NCBI GenBank assembly: GCA_050613775.1
Contig: JBODTK010000015.1
Location: 930,001 to 994,000 of the forward strand
Direction of reading: 5' to 3'
Source: Neocallimastix sp. 'constans'
Taxonomy: Eukaryota
Length of the DNA stretch: 64,000 nt
Position numbers and translations under genes: made by a program. Every line of letters starts with the position of its first letter. The first letter of the stretch is position 1. Below, piece after piece: positions 1 to 11,939 of this stretch. Below the pieces are notes generated by a model, which was not told the origin of the DNA, searched no databases, and saw only the letters and a program-made list of their open reading frames with translations.

Positions 1-99
1 TTATATATATAACTAAAATTTCAAAGTTATTGCATTTTTGATTAATTTTATTCATAGAAAATATTGAAAATTTTCCTTTTATATTGAAAATTAGCTAGA

Positions 100-360
100 A
101 ATAATAATGGAATAATGGAATAATAAATAATGGAATAATAAATAATAAATAATTTAATAATTGAATAATTGAATAATAAATAATGGAATAATGGAATAAT
201 GGAATAATGGAATAATAATTAATAAATAATAAATAATTGAATAATAAATAATAAATAATAAATAATGGAATAATGGAATAATAAATAATAAATAATAAAT
301 AATAAATAATGGAATAATAAATAATTGAATAATAAATAATAAATAATAATTGAATAATAA
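100..360 (+). repeat. AT-rich minisatellite array (AATAATAA / AATAATGG / AATAATTG units)
   Basis: Tandem 7-8 bp units such as aataatgg aataatgg aataataa ataattg, read directly. Confidence 0.8.
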
Positions 361-764
361 TTTATAGTATAAAGAATTGATTTTTTTCTATTTATTACAT
401 TTTAACAGTTTAAATTAATACATTTTTTATTTTCATAATAATAATTGTGGCTTAATAAAATGTAATGTGTTTGTATGAATTATTCAAAAGTTTGATTTCA
501 TTAATTATTTTAATTTGTAATAAATGCGGCTAAAAATAAAAAAAATTAATTATTTTATTCATCATTTTAGTTAATATAAAAAATTTTTTTAATTTTTTTA
601 TTTTTTATTTTATTATTAATTTAATTATATTAAAAAAAAAAAAAAAAAAACTTTATTTCATTATTGATGGATGATAAATTCAAATTTAATTAAATAAATT
701 TAAATAAAAATTCATATTAAATTTATATTAAATAAAATTAAATTAAATTAAATTAAATGATTAG

Positions 765-1050
765 TTATTATTTATTATTTATTTATTCCATTGTTTATTA
801 TTCCATTATTTCATTAAATAAAAGCGAAAAAATATATATATATATATTCAATTATTTATTCCATTATTCCATTATTTATTCAATTATTATTCAATTATTT
901 ATTCAATTATTATTCAATTATTTATTCAATTATTATTCTATTATTTATTCAATTATTATTCTATTATTTATTCAATTATTATTCTATTATTCAATTATTA
1001 TTCAATTATTTATTTATTATTTATTATTTATTTATTTATTCAATTATTAT
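765..1050 (-). repeat. Same minisatellite family in inverted orientation (ttccattatt / ttcaattatt units)
   Basis: Units are reverse complements of those at 100-360 and 1290-1592; this array generates the spurious ORF 757..1113. Confidence 0.75.
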
Positions 1051-1289
1051 TTATTTTCTTTTCTCATATTTTCTTTTTTCTTTTTTTTCTTTTCTTTCTT
1101 TTTTCTTTTTTAATTTAATAAGCAAATTTTAATTTTATAATATTAAAATAGATACAAAAAGAATATAAAAATAAAAAAAATTAAAATATTTATTAATTAA
1201 TAAAAGATTGACTCATTTTATAATAATTTATAATAATACTAAATAATAATTTATAATAATACTAAATAATAACTGAATAATTAATGACA

Positions 1290-1592
1290 AATGAATAATA
1301 AATAATTGAATAATTGAATAATTGAATAATTGAATAATAAATAATAAATAATAAATAATAAATAATAAATAATAAATAATAAATAATATATAATAAATAA
1401 TAAATAATAAATAATAAATAATAAATAATAAATAATTGAATAATAAATAATAAATAATTAAATAATAAATAATAAATAATAAATAATAAATAATAATTAA
1501 TAAATAATAAATAATAAATAATAATTGAATAATAAATAATAATTAATAAATAATAATTGAATAATAAATAATAAATAATAAATAATAAATAA
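1290..1592 (+). repeat. AATAATA/AATAATTG minisatellite array
   Basis: Tandem aataata and aattgaat units. Confidence 0.8.
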
Positions 1593-2235
1593 TTTGTTTA
1601 TTATTCATTAATTTAATTATTTCTAATTATTCCTATGTAAATAAATGAATAAATAAATATGTTTTTAATAAATATCTATATATAAATAAGTAAATGATGA
1701 AATTAATAAATAAAAAAAAGATTTAAATAAGAATTAAAGTTTTTATATCTTTTCTTTGTATAAAAATGTATTTTTAATAGAAATAAAATTTTAATTAATT
1801 TAATTATATTAAATTTAATTTAATTTAATTTAATTTAATTTATTTCTATCTTTTTTTTTTTTTTTTACTTTTTTTACTTTTTTTAGTTCTTGTATACAAT
1901 TTGATTTTATGTACAAACACAGCAATTCGAGAGTGAATAAAATGAATAAATAAATATTAAATAAATAAATAAATAAATAGTAAATAAATAAATAAATATT
2001 AAATAAATAAATAAATATTAAATAAATAAATAAATAAATAGTAATTTAATTTTTTTAAGGCAATAATAATAATTATTATTTATTATTTATTATTTATTAT
2101 TTATTATTTATTTATTATTTATAATTATTAAAATTTTATCTATTAATGTATCAATTTTTTTTATTTATTTAATTTATTTAATTTTTTCTTTTTCTGTATT
2201 GTTTGGTTCTTAATTCTTTTTTCTTTTTTCTTTTT

Positions 2236-2271
<36 letters not shown>

Positions 2272-2500
2272 CTTCTTTTTTTTTTTTTAAAACTAAAAAT
2301 AAAAAAATAATAATAATACTTGAAAGTAAATAAGATATTTTACTTATTTATTTATTTAATTTAAAGAAAATAATAAATATCTTTATACATTTAAATTAAT
2401 TATTTTTGTTTTATTACACTAAATAAAAAAAAAAAAAAAAAAAAAATAAAGAAAAAAAAAATAAAATAAAAAAAATTATTTATTTTATAAATAAAATGAA

Positions 2501-3535
2501 ATGGAATTTTCTGAAAATATAAAAGAAAAAATGAGTTATCAGAAAGAAATACAAGAATTAAGAAAAGATATTTCAGGATTAAAAATTGGAATTGATGAAA
2601 TAAAATATATGTTAAATTCTACAATTAATAACAAAGAAGAATTGACAAATATTGCTGAAAATATAGAAATCCCTGAAAATATTCCCGAAACTTCTGAAAA
2701 TAGTGAAAATACTATAAACATTACTGAAAATACTGATAGTAGCAGTAGCTGTAACAATGACGATGCCACTGAAGTAGATTTAAATTTCAGAGAAACTATT
2801 CAAACATATGAGTTAAAAGATAAGTTTATTAATTTAAGTTATGATTCCAGGATTCAATTTATTATTGAAGAACTTCAACTAATTAAATGTACATCTTCAG
2901 TACCAAACGAAATTGGTCCCTTTACAAAAGGAAATGATTTATATGATTCATTAACTATGAATTATAATAAAATTAAAGCACTTTTCAAAGAATTAATTTT
3001 TTTAAACTGTGAACAAGAAGATTTAAACAGAGTAATAAAGACTTTTTATAATTATTATATCGATGCTGATAAGGAAATTATCAACCAATTGGTTAACATT
3101 TATATCAAGAATAAAGAAAGAATTAATGTAATATCTGAGGAAATGAAGGTATATTTTGATAAAATAAGAAATGTAATTCGTAACATAAATAGTAATATTC
3201 CAATGAATTCTCGTAGGAAAATTGTTTCTCAGGATGCGTTAAAACTAAAAGCTATTTCTAAAGAAATTGATATCTACTATCTTTCCACCGACTATAGTAA
3301 ATATATAAATGGTTTTTTATATCAAATGGATATTTTTAGACTAATTAATTTATGTCCAAATGTTACACACTTATTTAAGCCTGGAAAAACTTTTCAGAAT
3401 TTTACTTTCTATACAATTAAAGATAGGAGTTTCTTACCTATAATTAATGAATTAAAATTAAAATATGACTATAAATTATATAAATATGAATTTATTCCTA
3501 ATCATCCAAATGCTTTTTATTTAAGTAAAAATTAA
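2501..3535 (+). CDS. Hypothetical intron-less protein, 344 aa, with a possible N-terminal coiled coil
   Basis: ATG to TAA ORF with normal, non-microsatellite amino-acid composition and higher GC than its flanks; heptad-like QKEIQELRKDISGLKIGIDEIKYML. No family recognised. Confidence 0.7.
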   Translation: MEFSENIKEKMSYQKEIQELRKDISGLKIGIDEIKYMLNSTINNKEELTNIAENIEIPENIPETSENSENTINITENTDSSSSCNNDDATEVDLNFRETIQTYELKDKFINLSYDSRIQFIIEELQLIKCTSSVPNEIGPFTKGNDLYDSLTMNYNKIKALFKELIFLNCEQEDLNRVIKTFYNYYIDADKEIINQLVNIYIKNKERINVISEEMKVYFDKIRNVIRNINSNIPMNSRRKIVSQDALKLKAISKEIDIYYLSTDYSKYINGFLYQMDIFRLINLCPNVTHLFKPGKTFQNFTFYTIKDRSFLPIINELKLKYDYKLYKYEFIPNHPNAFYLSKN

Positions 3536-4389
3536 AAAGTGATAATGACATTTATAAAGTTATAAAAAAAAAAAAAAAAAAGAGAGAGTATTTGACTTTT
3601 GTTTCTAAATAAACTATTTCTAATATTTTATTTATTATTAATATTTAATTAATAATATATAATATATTTATATAAATAATTAAATGGATTGAAAATTAAT
3701 TTAAGAAAAACATTAAAAAGAATTCTTTTTTTTTTTTTTTTAATGTAATTTAAAATATATATATATATTATCAATTCCATTTTAATTAATTAATTTATTG
3801 TTTAAAAGTATTAACTATTGTCTTTATTGATAAATAAATAAAAAAAAAAAAAAATGTAAATATAAAGGCATGTATATATTATAACTTTTATAAATAAAAT
3901 GTTTAGTAAAAAAAAAAAAAAATTAAATAAATAAAATAGATAAATAAGTATTGAAATGAATAAACAGATTAAATAAATAAATAATAATAAATAAATAAAT
4001 AATAAATAAATAAATATTAATTAAAATGAAATAAAATTAAATCAAAACGAATAAAAATAAAGCCAAATATAAAATATTTTAATAATTAAAAACTTTTTTT
4101 TTTTTTTTATTTTATTTTTTTTTACCCAATAATTTGAAAAGATGAAAATGTAAAAAAAAAAAAAAAATTCCTTATTAAAAAAACTTTTTAATTAATTATT
4201 TTTAACTTTATCTCTTCTGTATTTTAACCATTATTTTTTTCGGTTTGTATAATGATATATGTAACTTTTTTTATTTATTTATTTATTTATTTATTTAGTT
4301 ATTTATTTATTTATTTATTATTATTTTTTTTATTTATTTTTTTTATAATAATAATAATAATAAATAATAATAACAGTGTTTGGTTGTAT

Positions 4390-6648
4390 TTATTTTTTTT
4401 TAATTATTATTATTATAATAATAATAATAATAATAAATAATAATGATAATAGTGTTTTGTTGTATTTATTTTTTTTATTTATATCTGTTTCATGTTCTAC
4501 CAAACATCTTACTATATCTTTATTTCCACTTTCAACTGCCTTTAATAATGGTGTTATACCATTATTATTTTCTTTTTTTATATCTGCTCCATGTCTTACT
4601 AAACATTTTACTAAGTCTTTATTTCCACATTCAACTGCCTTAAATAATGGTGTTTCATTGTATTGATTTACTTTATTTATATCTGCTCCATGTTTTGCTA
4701 AATACTCCACTAAATCTTTATTTCCATTTTCAACTGCCTTAAATAATACTGTTTCACCATTCCGTATTTCTTTATTTATATCTGCTCCATGTTTAACAAA
4801 AAACTTTACTAAATCTATATTTCCACATTCCACTACCTTATATAATGGTGTTTCATTATAATAATTTTCTTTATTTATATCTAGTCCATGCTTTACTAAA
4901 CATTCTATTAAATATTTATTTCCACTATTAATTGCATTAAATAATAGTGTTCTACCATAATAAGTATTTTTATTTATATCTGCTCCATAATATATTAAAC
5001 ATTCTATTAAATCTTTATTTCCATTTTTGATGGCCTTAAATAATGGTGTTTCGCCAAATTTATCTTTATTTATATCTGCTCCATGTTCTACTAAAAATTT
5101 TACTAAATCTTTATTTCCACATTCCGCTGCCATATATAATGGTGTGACACCATATTTATCTTCTTTATTTATATCGGCTCCATAATATATTAAACATTTT
5201 ATTAAATCTTTATTTCCACTTTTGATGGCCTTAAATAGTGGTGTTTCACCATCTTTATTTTCTTTATTTATATCTTCTACATGTTTTACTAAACAATTGA
5301 CTAAATTTTTATTTCCACTTTTAATGGCATTAAATAATGGTGTTTCACCATCTTTATTTTCTTTATTTATATCTGCACCATGTTTTACTAAGTATTTTAC
5401 TAAATTTTTATTTCCACCTTTAATTGCCTTAAATAATGGTGTTTCACCATCTTTATTTTCTTTATTTATATCTGCTCCATGCCCTATTAAGTAGTTTACT
5501 AAATTTTTATTTCCACTTTTAATTGCCCTAAATAATGGTGTTTCACCATCTTTATTTTCTTTATTTATTTCTGCTTCATGCACTATTAAGTATTTTGCTA
5601 AATCTTTATTGCCACTTTCAACTGCCTTAAATAATGGTGTTTCACCATCTTTATTTTCTTTATTTATTTCTGCTCCATGTTCTACTAAGTATTCTACTAA
5701 ATCTTTATTTTCACTTTCACAGGTCTTAAATATTGGTGTTTCACCATCTTTATCTTCTTTATTTATATCTGCACCATGTTCTACTACTAAGTATTCTACT
5801 AAATCTTTATTTCCAATTTCAACTGCCTTAAATAATGGTGTTTCACCATCTTTATTTTCTTTATTTATATCTGCTTCATGTTCTACTACTAAGTATTCTA
5901 CTAAATCTTTATTTCCAATTTCAACTGCCTTAAATAATGGTGTTTCTTTATTTCTATTTTCTTTATTCATATCTGCTCCATGTTTTACTACTAAGTATTC
6001 TACTAAATTTTTATTTCCAATTTTAACTGCCTTAAATAATGGTGTTTCACCATCTTTATTTCCTCTATTTATATCTGCTCCATGTTCTACTACTAAGTAT
6101 TCTACTAATTCTTTATTTTCACTTTCAACTGCCTTAAATAATGGTGTTTCACCATCTTCATTTTCTTTATTAATATTTGCTCCATGTTCTATTAAGTATT
6201 TTACTAAATCTATATTTCTACTTTCACAAGCCTTAAATAAAGATATTTCACCATTCTTATAAGCTATTTTACATAGAGCTACTCCATGTACTACTAAATA
6301 TTTTAATAAATTTATATTTTCATTTTCGATTATAAATATATTTTTATTATTTAATGTAATTTTATATTTGTCTTTAGAAATTTCATAATTTAAATTCTTA
6401 ATAAGAGTTTTATTTTTATATAGAAAGAGTAAGCATTTAATAAATTCATTATCATAAAATTTTGAATTGTCAAAAATATTTTTTAATTCCTCTAAGTTAG
6501 AATTCTTTATTAATTTTTTTATTTCAGAAGAAGTTATATATAAATCATTTTCTTGATTATTTGTTACAGTTTTTAATCTTATAGAGGTATGTCCATTTTT
6601 ATTATATTCCTTCGATTTTATATCTCTCTTCTCTTTATGGTTATTCAT
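4390..6648 (-). CDS. Ankyrin-repeat protein A (shared ~130-aa N-terminal domain plus ~18 ANK repeats; C-terminus runs into an ATT microsatellite)
   Basis: Repeated 33-aa consensus NxxGETPLFKAxxSGNKDLVxYLVEHGADINKE; N-terminus nearly identical to those at 10328 and 19283; intron-less. Confidence 0.9.
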   Translation of the reverse strand: MNNHKEKRDIKSKEYNKNGHTSIRLKTVTNNQENDLYITSSEIKKLIKNSNLEELKNIFDNSKFYDNEFIKCLLFLYKNKTLIKNLNYEISKDKYKITLNNKNIFIIENENINLLKYLVVHGVALCKIAYKNGEISLFKACESRNIDLVKYLIEHGANINKENEDGETPLFKAVESENKELVEYLVVEHGADINRGNKDGETPLFKAVKIGNKNLVEYLVVKHGADMNKENRNKETPLFKAVEIGNKDLVEYLVVEHEADINKENKDGETPLFKAVEIGNKDLVEYLVVEHGADINKEDKDGETPIFKTCESENKDLVEYLVEHGAEINKENKDGETPLFKAVESGNKDLAKYLIVHEAEINKENKDGETPLFRAIKSGNKNLVNYLIGHGADINKENKDGETPLFKAIKGGNKNLVKYLVKHGADINKENKDGETPLFNAIKSGNKNLVNCLVKHVEDINKENKDGETPLFKAIKSGNKDLIKCLIYYGADINKEDKYGVTPLYMAAECGNKDLVKFLVEHGADINKDKFGETPLFKAIKNGNKDLIECLIYYGADINKNTYYGRTLLFNAINSGNKYLIECLVKHGLDINKENYYNETPLYKVVECGNIDLVKFFVKHGADINKEIRNGETVLFKAVENGNKDLVEYLAKHGADINKVNQYNETPLFKAVECGNKDLVKCLVRHGADIKKENNNGITPLLKAVESGNKDIVRCLVEHETDINKKNKYNKTLLSLLFIIIIIIIIIIIKKK

Positions 6649-7067
6649 ATTACTTTTATTTCATACTGCGTGTCGTAATTTTTTTTATTTATTTATCTAT
6701 TAACTTATTTATTTATTTATTTATCTATTTTATTATTTATTTATTTTTTAACAATAAAAGAAAAAAAAAAAAAGAAAGAAAAAAATCCATTTATATTTAT
6801 ATTTTTTTTATAATTTCATTAAAATAAAATAAAATAAACTACATAATACGATAAATATATATATAAATTAATATTATATGTATTAAATAACTAAAATAAA
6901 AAAAAAAAAAAAAAAATAGAAATAAAAAATAGAACTAAAATTTTAAAAGAATATTAAATCAATTAAAAGAGTGTCCGAGATAAAATATTCTTATATACAC
7001 ATATATATATTAACTATTTCCATTATTTATAATTAATTCATTGTCTTTTAATAAAAATATTAAAATC

Positions 7068-7446
7068 GGGAGAGTTGCATTTCCCCAAATTGCATTTCGC
7101 CAGATTGCATTTCGCCAAGTGGCGTAGTATTAAAATGTTGCATTTCCCCAAGTTGCATTTCCCCAAGTTGCTATTCGCCAGGTTGCATTTCGACAAGTAG
7201 AGTATTGATATAAATAAATGAATAAATAAATAAATATTAATTCAAAATATTTTTTTTAAAATTGTTTTTATGCGATATTAATAATATTTAATTTTATTTA
7301 TTGATTTGTTTATTTATTTAATAATTCTCAATTTGGCGAAAAGCAACTTGGCGAAACGCAACTTGGCAAAATGCCACATTTTTTTAATACGCCACATGCT
7401 TTCAAAAAAATTGGCGAAACGCAACCTGGCGAAATGCCCCACACCC
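7068..7446. mobile_element. Non-autonomous foldback/Mutator-like MITE, 379 bp, with long sub-repeated TIRs and 9-bp TSD
   Basis: Flanked by the direct repeat ATTAAAATC (7059-7067 and 7447-7455). Begins GGGAGAGTTGCATTTCCCCAA and ends CTGGCGAAATGCCCCACACCC. Arms of ~120-135 bp are built from a 15-bp unit GTTGCATTTCGCCAA (7 left copies, ~5 inverted right copies). Paralogous spacers near 8700 and 10770 lack it. Confidence 0.88.
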
Positions 7447-7879
7447 ATTAAAATCTTAAATTTTATTTTTATATAAAATTTTTTATATTAATTATTAACA
7501 ATCAACAAAAAAATATTCTAACCTTTTAAATTTATAACTAATTAAATTTAAGTCCATTTTTTTTTTTTAAAAAAAAAAAAAAAAGGAACAAAAAATAAAA
7601 ATTTTAACTTCCTTTTTTATGTTTTTATGTATTTATTTTTTATTTTAATTTGTTTTTTTTACTTTTATTTTTATAATAATTAAATTAAATATATTTATAT
7701 AAAGATAAAAATATAATAAAAAAAATAAAAAAAAAAAAAGAACTTATAATTTCAATAATATTTTATATTTTAAAATTATTAATTATTAAATTTTTTTTAT
7801 TTTATTATTTATTATTTTATTTTTTTAATAATTTTTTTTATTATATAAAAAATTTTTATTTATGATTATATAATTTAAT

Positions 7880-8359
7880 GATTTTATTCTCCATTCAATT
7901 TATTTTTTTATTTATATCTTCACCATTTTTTATTAAATATTCTATTAATTTTTTTTTAATTCTTTCCATTTTCGATTATTTAATTATTTTTATTATAAAA
8001 AATTATTCTCTTTTTCTTAAATTAATAATATTATTTTATATTCATCTTTAAAAATTTTATATTTTAAATTCTTGGTAGGAGTTTTATTATTAAATCGAAA
8101 GAGAGTATATGGAAAGAGAGTATATAAAAAGAGAGTAAAATTTTAATAAATTCATTATCATTTAAAATTTGAATTGTTAAAAAATGTTTTTTAATTTATC
8201 TATATTAGAATTATTTATTAGTTCTTTTATTTCAGAAGAAGAAGTAATATATAAATCATTTTATTGATTATTTTGTTACAATTTTAATCTTTTAGAGGTA
8301 TGTCCTTAATTATTATATTCTTGTAATTTTATATTTCTCTTCTTTACATGGTTATTCAT
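7880..8359 (-). pseudogene. Degenerate relic of the ankyrin-gene N-terminal domain
   Basis: ATG context (gttattCAT attacttttat) and downstream sequence align to 6300-6660 (MNNHVKRRNIK...), with in-frame stops and indels; only a trace of one ANK repeat remains. Confidence 0.8.
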
Positions 8360-8946
8360 ATTACTTTTATTTGATGTTGTTTTTATTATTTTTTTTTACT
8401 ATTATTTTCAATTCCAGTATTTTATTTTTTTTTTTTTAGTAAATATAAATAAATATAAGTAATAATTATAAAAGATATTATTTATTATATATATATATAA
8501 AAGGATTACATTTATGTTTATTTTATTACATAGTTTATTTTAATTAAATGAATATATAATAAAAAATATATATAAATTTATATATGAGATAATTAAAATA
8601 ATAATAGTAATAATAATAAAAAAAGAATTAAAATTTAAAAAGAATATTTAATCAATTAAAAGAAATCTATGTCTGAAATAAGATCCAATTTTTATAATTA
8701 ATTCATTATCTTTTAATTAAAATATAAAATATAAATAATTTTTATCAATCGAAAAAAAATTCTAACTTTTAAATTTTATAACTCTCTATTATTAATTATT
8801 AATGTAAGCCTATTTTTTTTTTTTTAAAAAACAAATAAACTTTTTAAACCCCCTTTTTTTTTTAAGTTTATATGTATTTATTTATTTTATTTAATTTTTT
8901 TTTTAGAATTCACAGGCCTTAAATATATTTTTTATTGTTTTTATAT

Positions 8947-10328
8947 CTAATCTATATGTGCACCATGATTTAATAAATATTTTCTTATATCATATTTGAT
9001 TCTTTGATTCACATAGAGTAATGATGTATATCCATATTTATTTTTTTTATTTATATCTGCTCCATTTTCTACTAAGTATGCTACTAAATCTTTATTTTCA
9101 CTATTAATTGCCTTAATTAATGGTGTTTTACCAAATAAACTTTCTTTATTTATTTCTGCTCCATGTTCCACTAAACCACTAAACATTCTACTAAATCTTT
9201 ATTTCCACTTTCACAGGCCTTAAATAATGGTGTTTCACCATCTTCACTTTCTTTATTAATATTTGCTCCATGTTTTATTAAGTATTTTACTAAATCTTTT
9301 TTTCCACTTTTAATTGCCTTAAATAATGGTGTTTCACCATCTTCATCTTCTTTATTTATTTCTGCTCCATGTTCCACTAAACATTCTATTAAATCTTTAT
9401 TTCCACTTTCAATTGCCTTAAATAATGGTGTTTCACCATTCCAGTTTTCTTTATTTATATCTGCTCCATGTTCCACTAAACATTCTATTAAATCTTTATT
9501 TCCACTTTCACAGGTCTTAAATAATGGTGTTTCACCATCTTCATCTTCTTTATTTATTTCTGCTCCATGTTCCACTAAACATTCTACTAAATCTTTATTT
9601 CCACTTTCACAGGCCTTAAATAATGGTGTTTCACCATTCCAGTTTTCTTTATTTATATCAGCTCCATGTTCTACTAAGTATTCTACTAAATCTTTATTTC
9701 CACTTTCACAGGCCTTAAATAATGGTGTTTCACCAAATTTATTTTCTTTATTTATATCTGCTCCATTTTCTACTAAGTATGCTACTAAATCTTTATTTCC
9801 AATTTCAATTGCTTTAAATAATGGTGTTTCACCAAATTCATTTTTTTTATTAATATTTGCTCCATGTTCTATTAAGTATTTTACTAAATCAATATTTCTA
9901 CTTTCACAAGCCTTAAATAAAGATATTTCACCATTCTTATAAGCTATTTTACATAGAGCTACTCCATGTACTACTAAATATTTTAATAAATTTATATTTT
10001 CATTTTCGATTATAAAAATATTTTTATTATTTAATGTAATTTTATATTTGTCTTTAGAAATTTCATAATTTAAATTCTTAATAGGAGTTTTATTTTTATA
10101 TAGAAAGAGTAAACATTTAATAAATTCATTATCATAAAATTTTGAATTGTCGAAAATATTTTTTAAATCCTCTAAATTAGAATTCTTTATTAATTTTTTT
10201 ATTTCAGAAGAAGTTATATATAAATCATTTTCTTGATTATTTGTTACAGTTTTTAATCTTATAGAGGTATGTCTATTATTATTATATTCATTCGATTTTA
10301 TATCTCTCTTCTTTTTACGTTTATTCAT
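8947..10328 (-). pseudogene. Ankyrin-repeat gene B (~10 repeats), frameshifted by an 8-bp tandem duplication
   Basis: ORFs 9171..10328 and 8947..9186 join if the duplicated ccactaaa (9168-9183) is removed; ends in the family C-cap (…YVNQRIKYDIRKYLLNHGAHID*). Could still be expressed as a 385-aa truncated protein. Confidence 0.8.
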
Positions 10329-11325
10329 ATTACTTTTATTTGATACCGTGCTTATTATTAAATTTTTTTATTATTTTTTTTTTTTGTTCTATCTTTTTCC
10401 ATCTGAAAATTAATTCTTTTTTTTTATTTTTTTTTTATTTTCAGCTAAAATAAATAAATATATAAATAATATTTATTAAAGCTATTGATTATATAATAAA
10501 TAAATTAATTATTATTTTTTAAAAATAAAAAATTAAAATAGAAAAGAATTGTATTAATATTTATGATTGTATTATAAATTCATTCTATATAATACAATAT
10601 ATTTATATTTATATTTATATTTATATTTATACATTAAATAATTAAAATAATTATAATAAATAGAAATAAAATTTAAAAAGAATATTCAATCGATTAAAAG
10701 AGATCTATGTCCGAAATAAATTATATATATATATATATTACTATTTTCATTTTTATTATTAATTTCATTATATTTAAAAAATTTTATATAAAAATAAAGT
10801 TTAACTATCAGAAAAAAAAAAAAAAAAAAAAAAAAAATCTTTCTTTTTTGAAATTTATAATTATAAATTTATAAAATTAATTATTAAAGTTTTTCTTTTA
10901 AAAAAAAAAAAAAAAAAATAAATTTAAAAATAGAATATTAACATATTAACCCACCTTTTAAATTTATATTTATTTTAATTCTTTTCTTTTTATTTTTAAA
11001 AATGAATTTTAAAATTTATTTTTATTAAATAATAATTAAATAATATATTTATATAAAAATAAAAATATAATATAAAAAAAAAAAAAAAAAAAAAAATTCA
11101 TAATTTTAATAATATTTTATTTTTCAATTTTATTAATTTTTAAATTTATTGTTTTTAATAATCTTTTATTACATAACATTTGTTTTTTTATAATTATTTA
11201 ATATAAAAAAGAAAAAAGAAAGAGAGTTTGATAAACTTTCAGAATAATCAAATACCAAACTGTAGTTTTCTTGTGGTATTTAAAGAATATGAACAAAAAC
11301 TTCAAGGTATTCTTTCTCCGTACGT
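9351..11325. repeat. ~2.0-kb segmental duplication, copy 1 (5' part of ankyrin gene plus upstream spacer)
   Basis: Near-identical to 18306-20278 (offset ~8955); differences are a few SNPs and homopolymer lengths. Confidence 0.92.
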
Positions 11326-11582
11326 CATTCCAGCTACTCCAAAGCATAACACGAAAACGAAAGTCAACTATCTTGTTATAATAAAAATAAAAAAATTTTA
11401 TATAAAAATAACATTTAACAATCAGAACAAAAAATTCTAACCTTTTAAATTTTATAATTCTCTAGAACTAATTATTAAAGTTAAGTCTATTATATATATA
11501 TATATACATAAAAGAAAGAAACAAAAAATAAATTTTTAACCTCCTTTTTTTATGTTATTATGTATTTATTTTTTATTTTAAT

Positions 11583-11622
<40 letters not shown>

Positions 11623-11939
11623 AAATTATATATATTTATATAAAAATAAAAATATAATAAAAAAAATAAAAAAAAAAAAAAAAGAGCTTATGATTTCAAT
11701 AATATTTTATATTTTAAAATTATTAATTATTAAATTTTTTTTACTTTTTTATTTTTTTTTTTTTAATAATTTTTTTGTTATATAAAAATTTTTTATTTAT
11801 GATTATATAATTTAATGATTTTATTCTCTATTCAATTTATTTTTTATTTATATCTTCACCATGTTTTATTAAATATACTATTAATTCTTTTTCTACTTCT
11901 TTCACAGGCCTTAAATATATTATTTTATGTTTTTTATAT

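Noticed and set aside
757..1113. ORFs rich in I/Y/F/L/K (also 27701, 39488, 56210, 57248, 25124, 25225, 36262, 60476 and similar)
   Set aside because: Translations of microsatellites, homopolymers or introns.
7074..7440. Short repeats superficially like a CRISPR array or iterons
   Set aside because: Units are contiguous without unique spacers, inverted between the two arms and bounded by a TSD; eukaryotic context and no cas genes.
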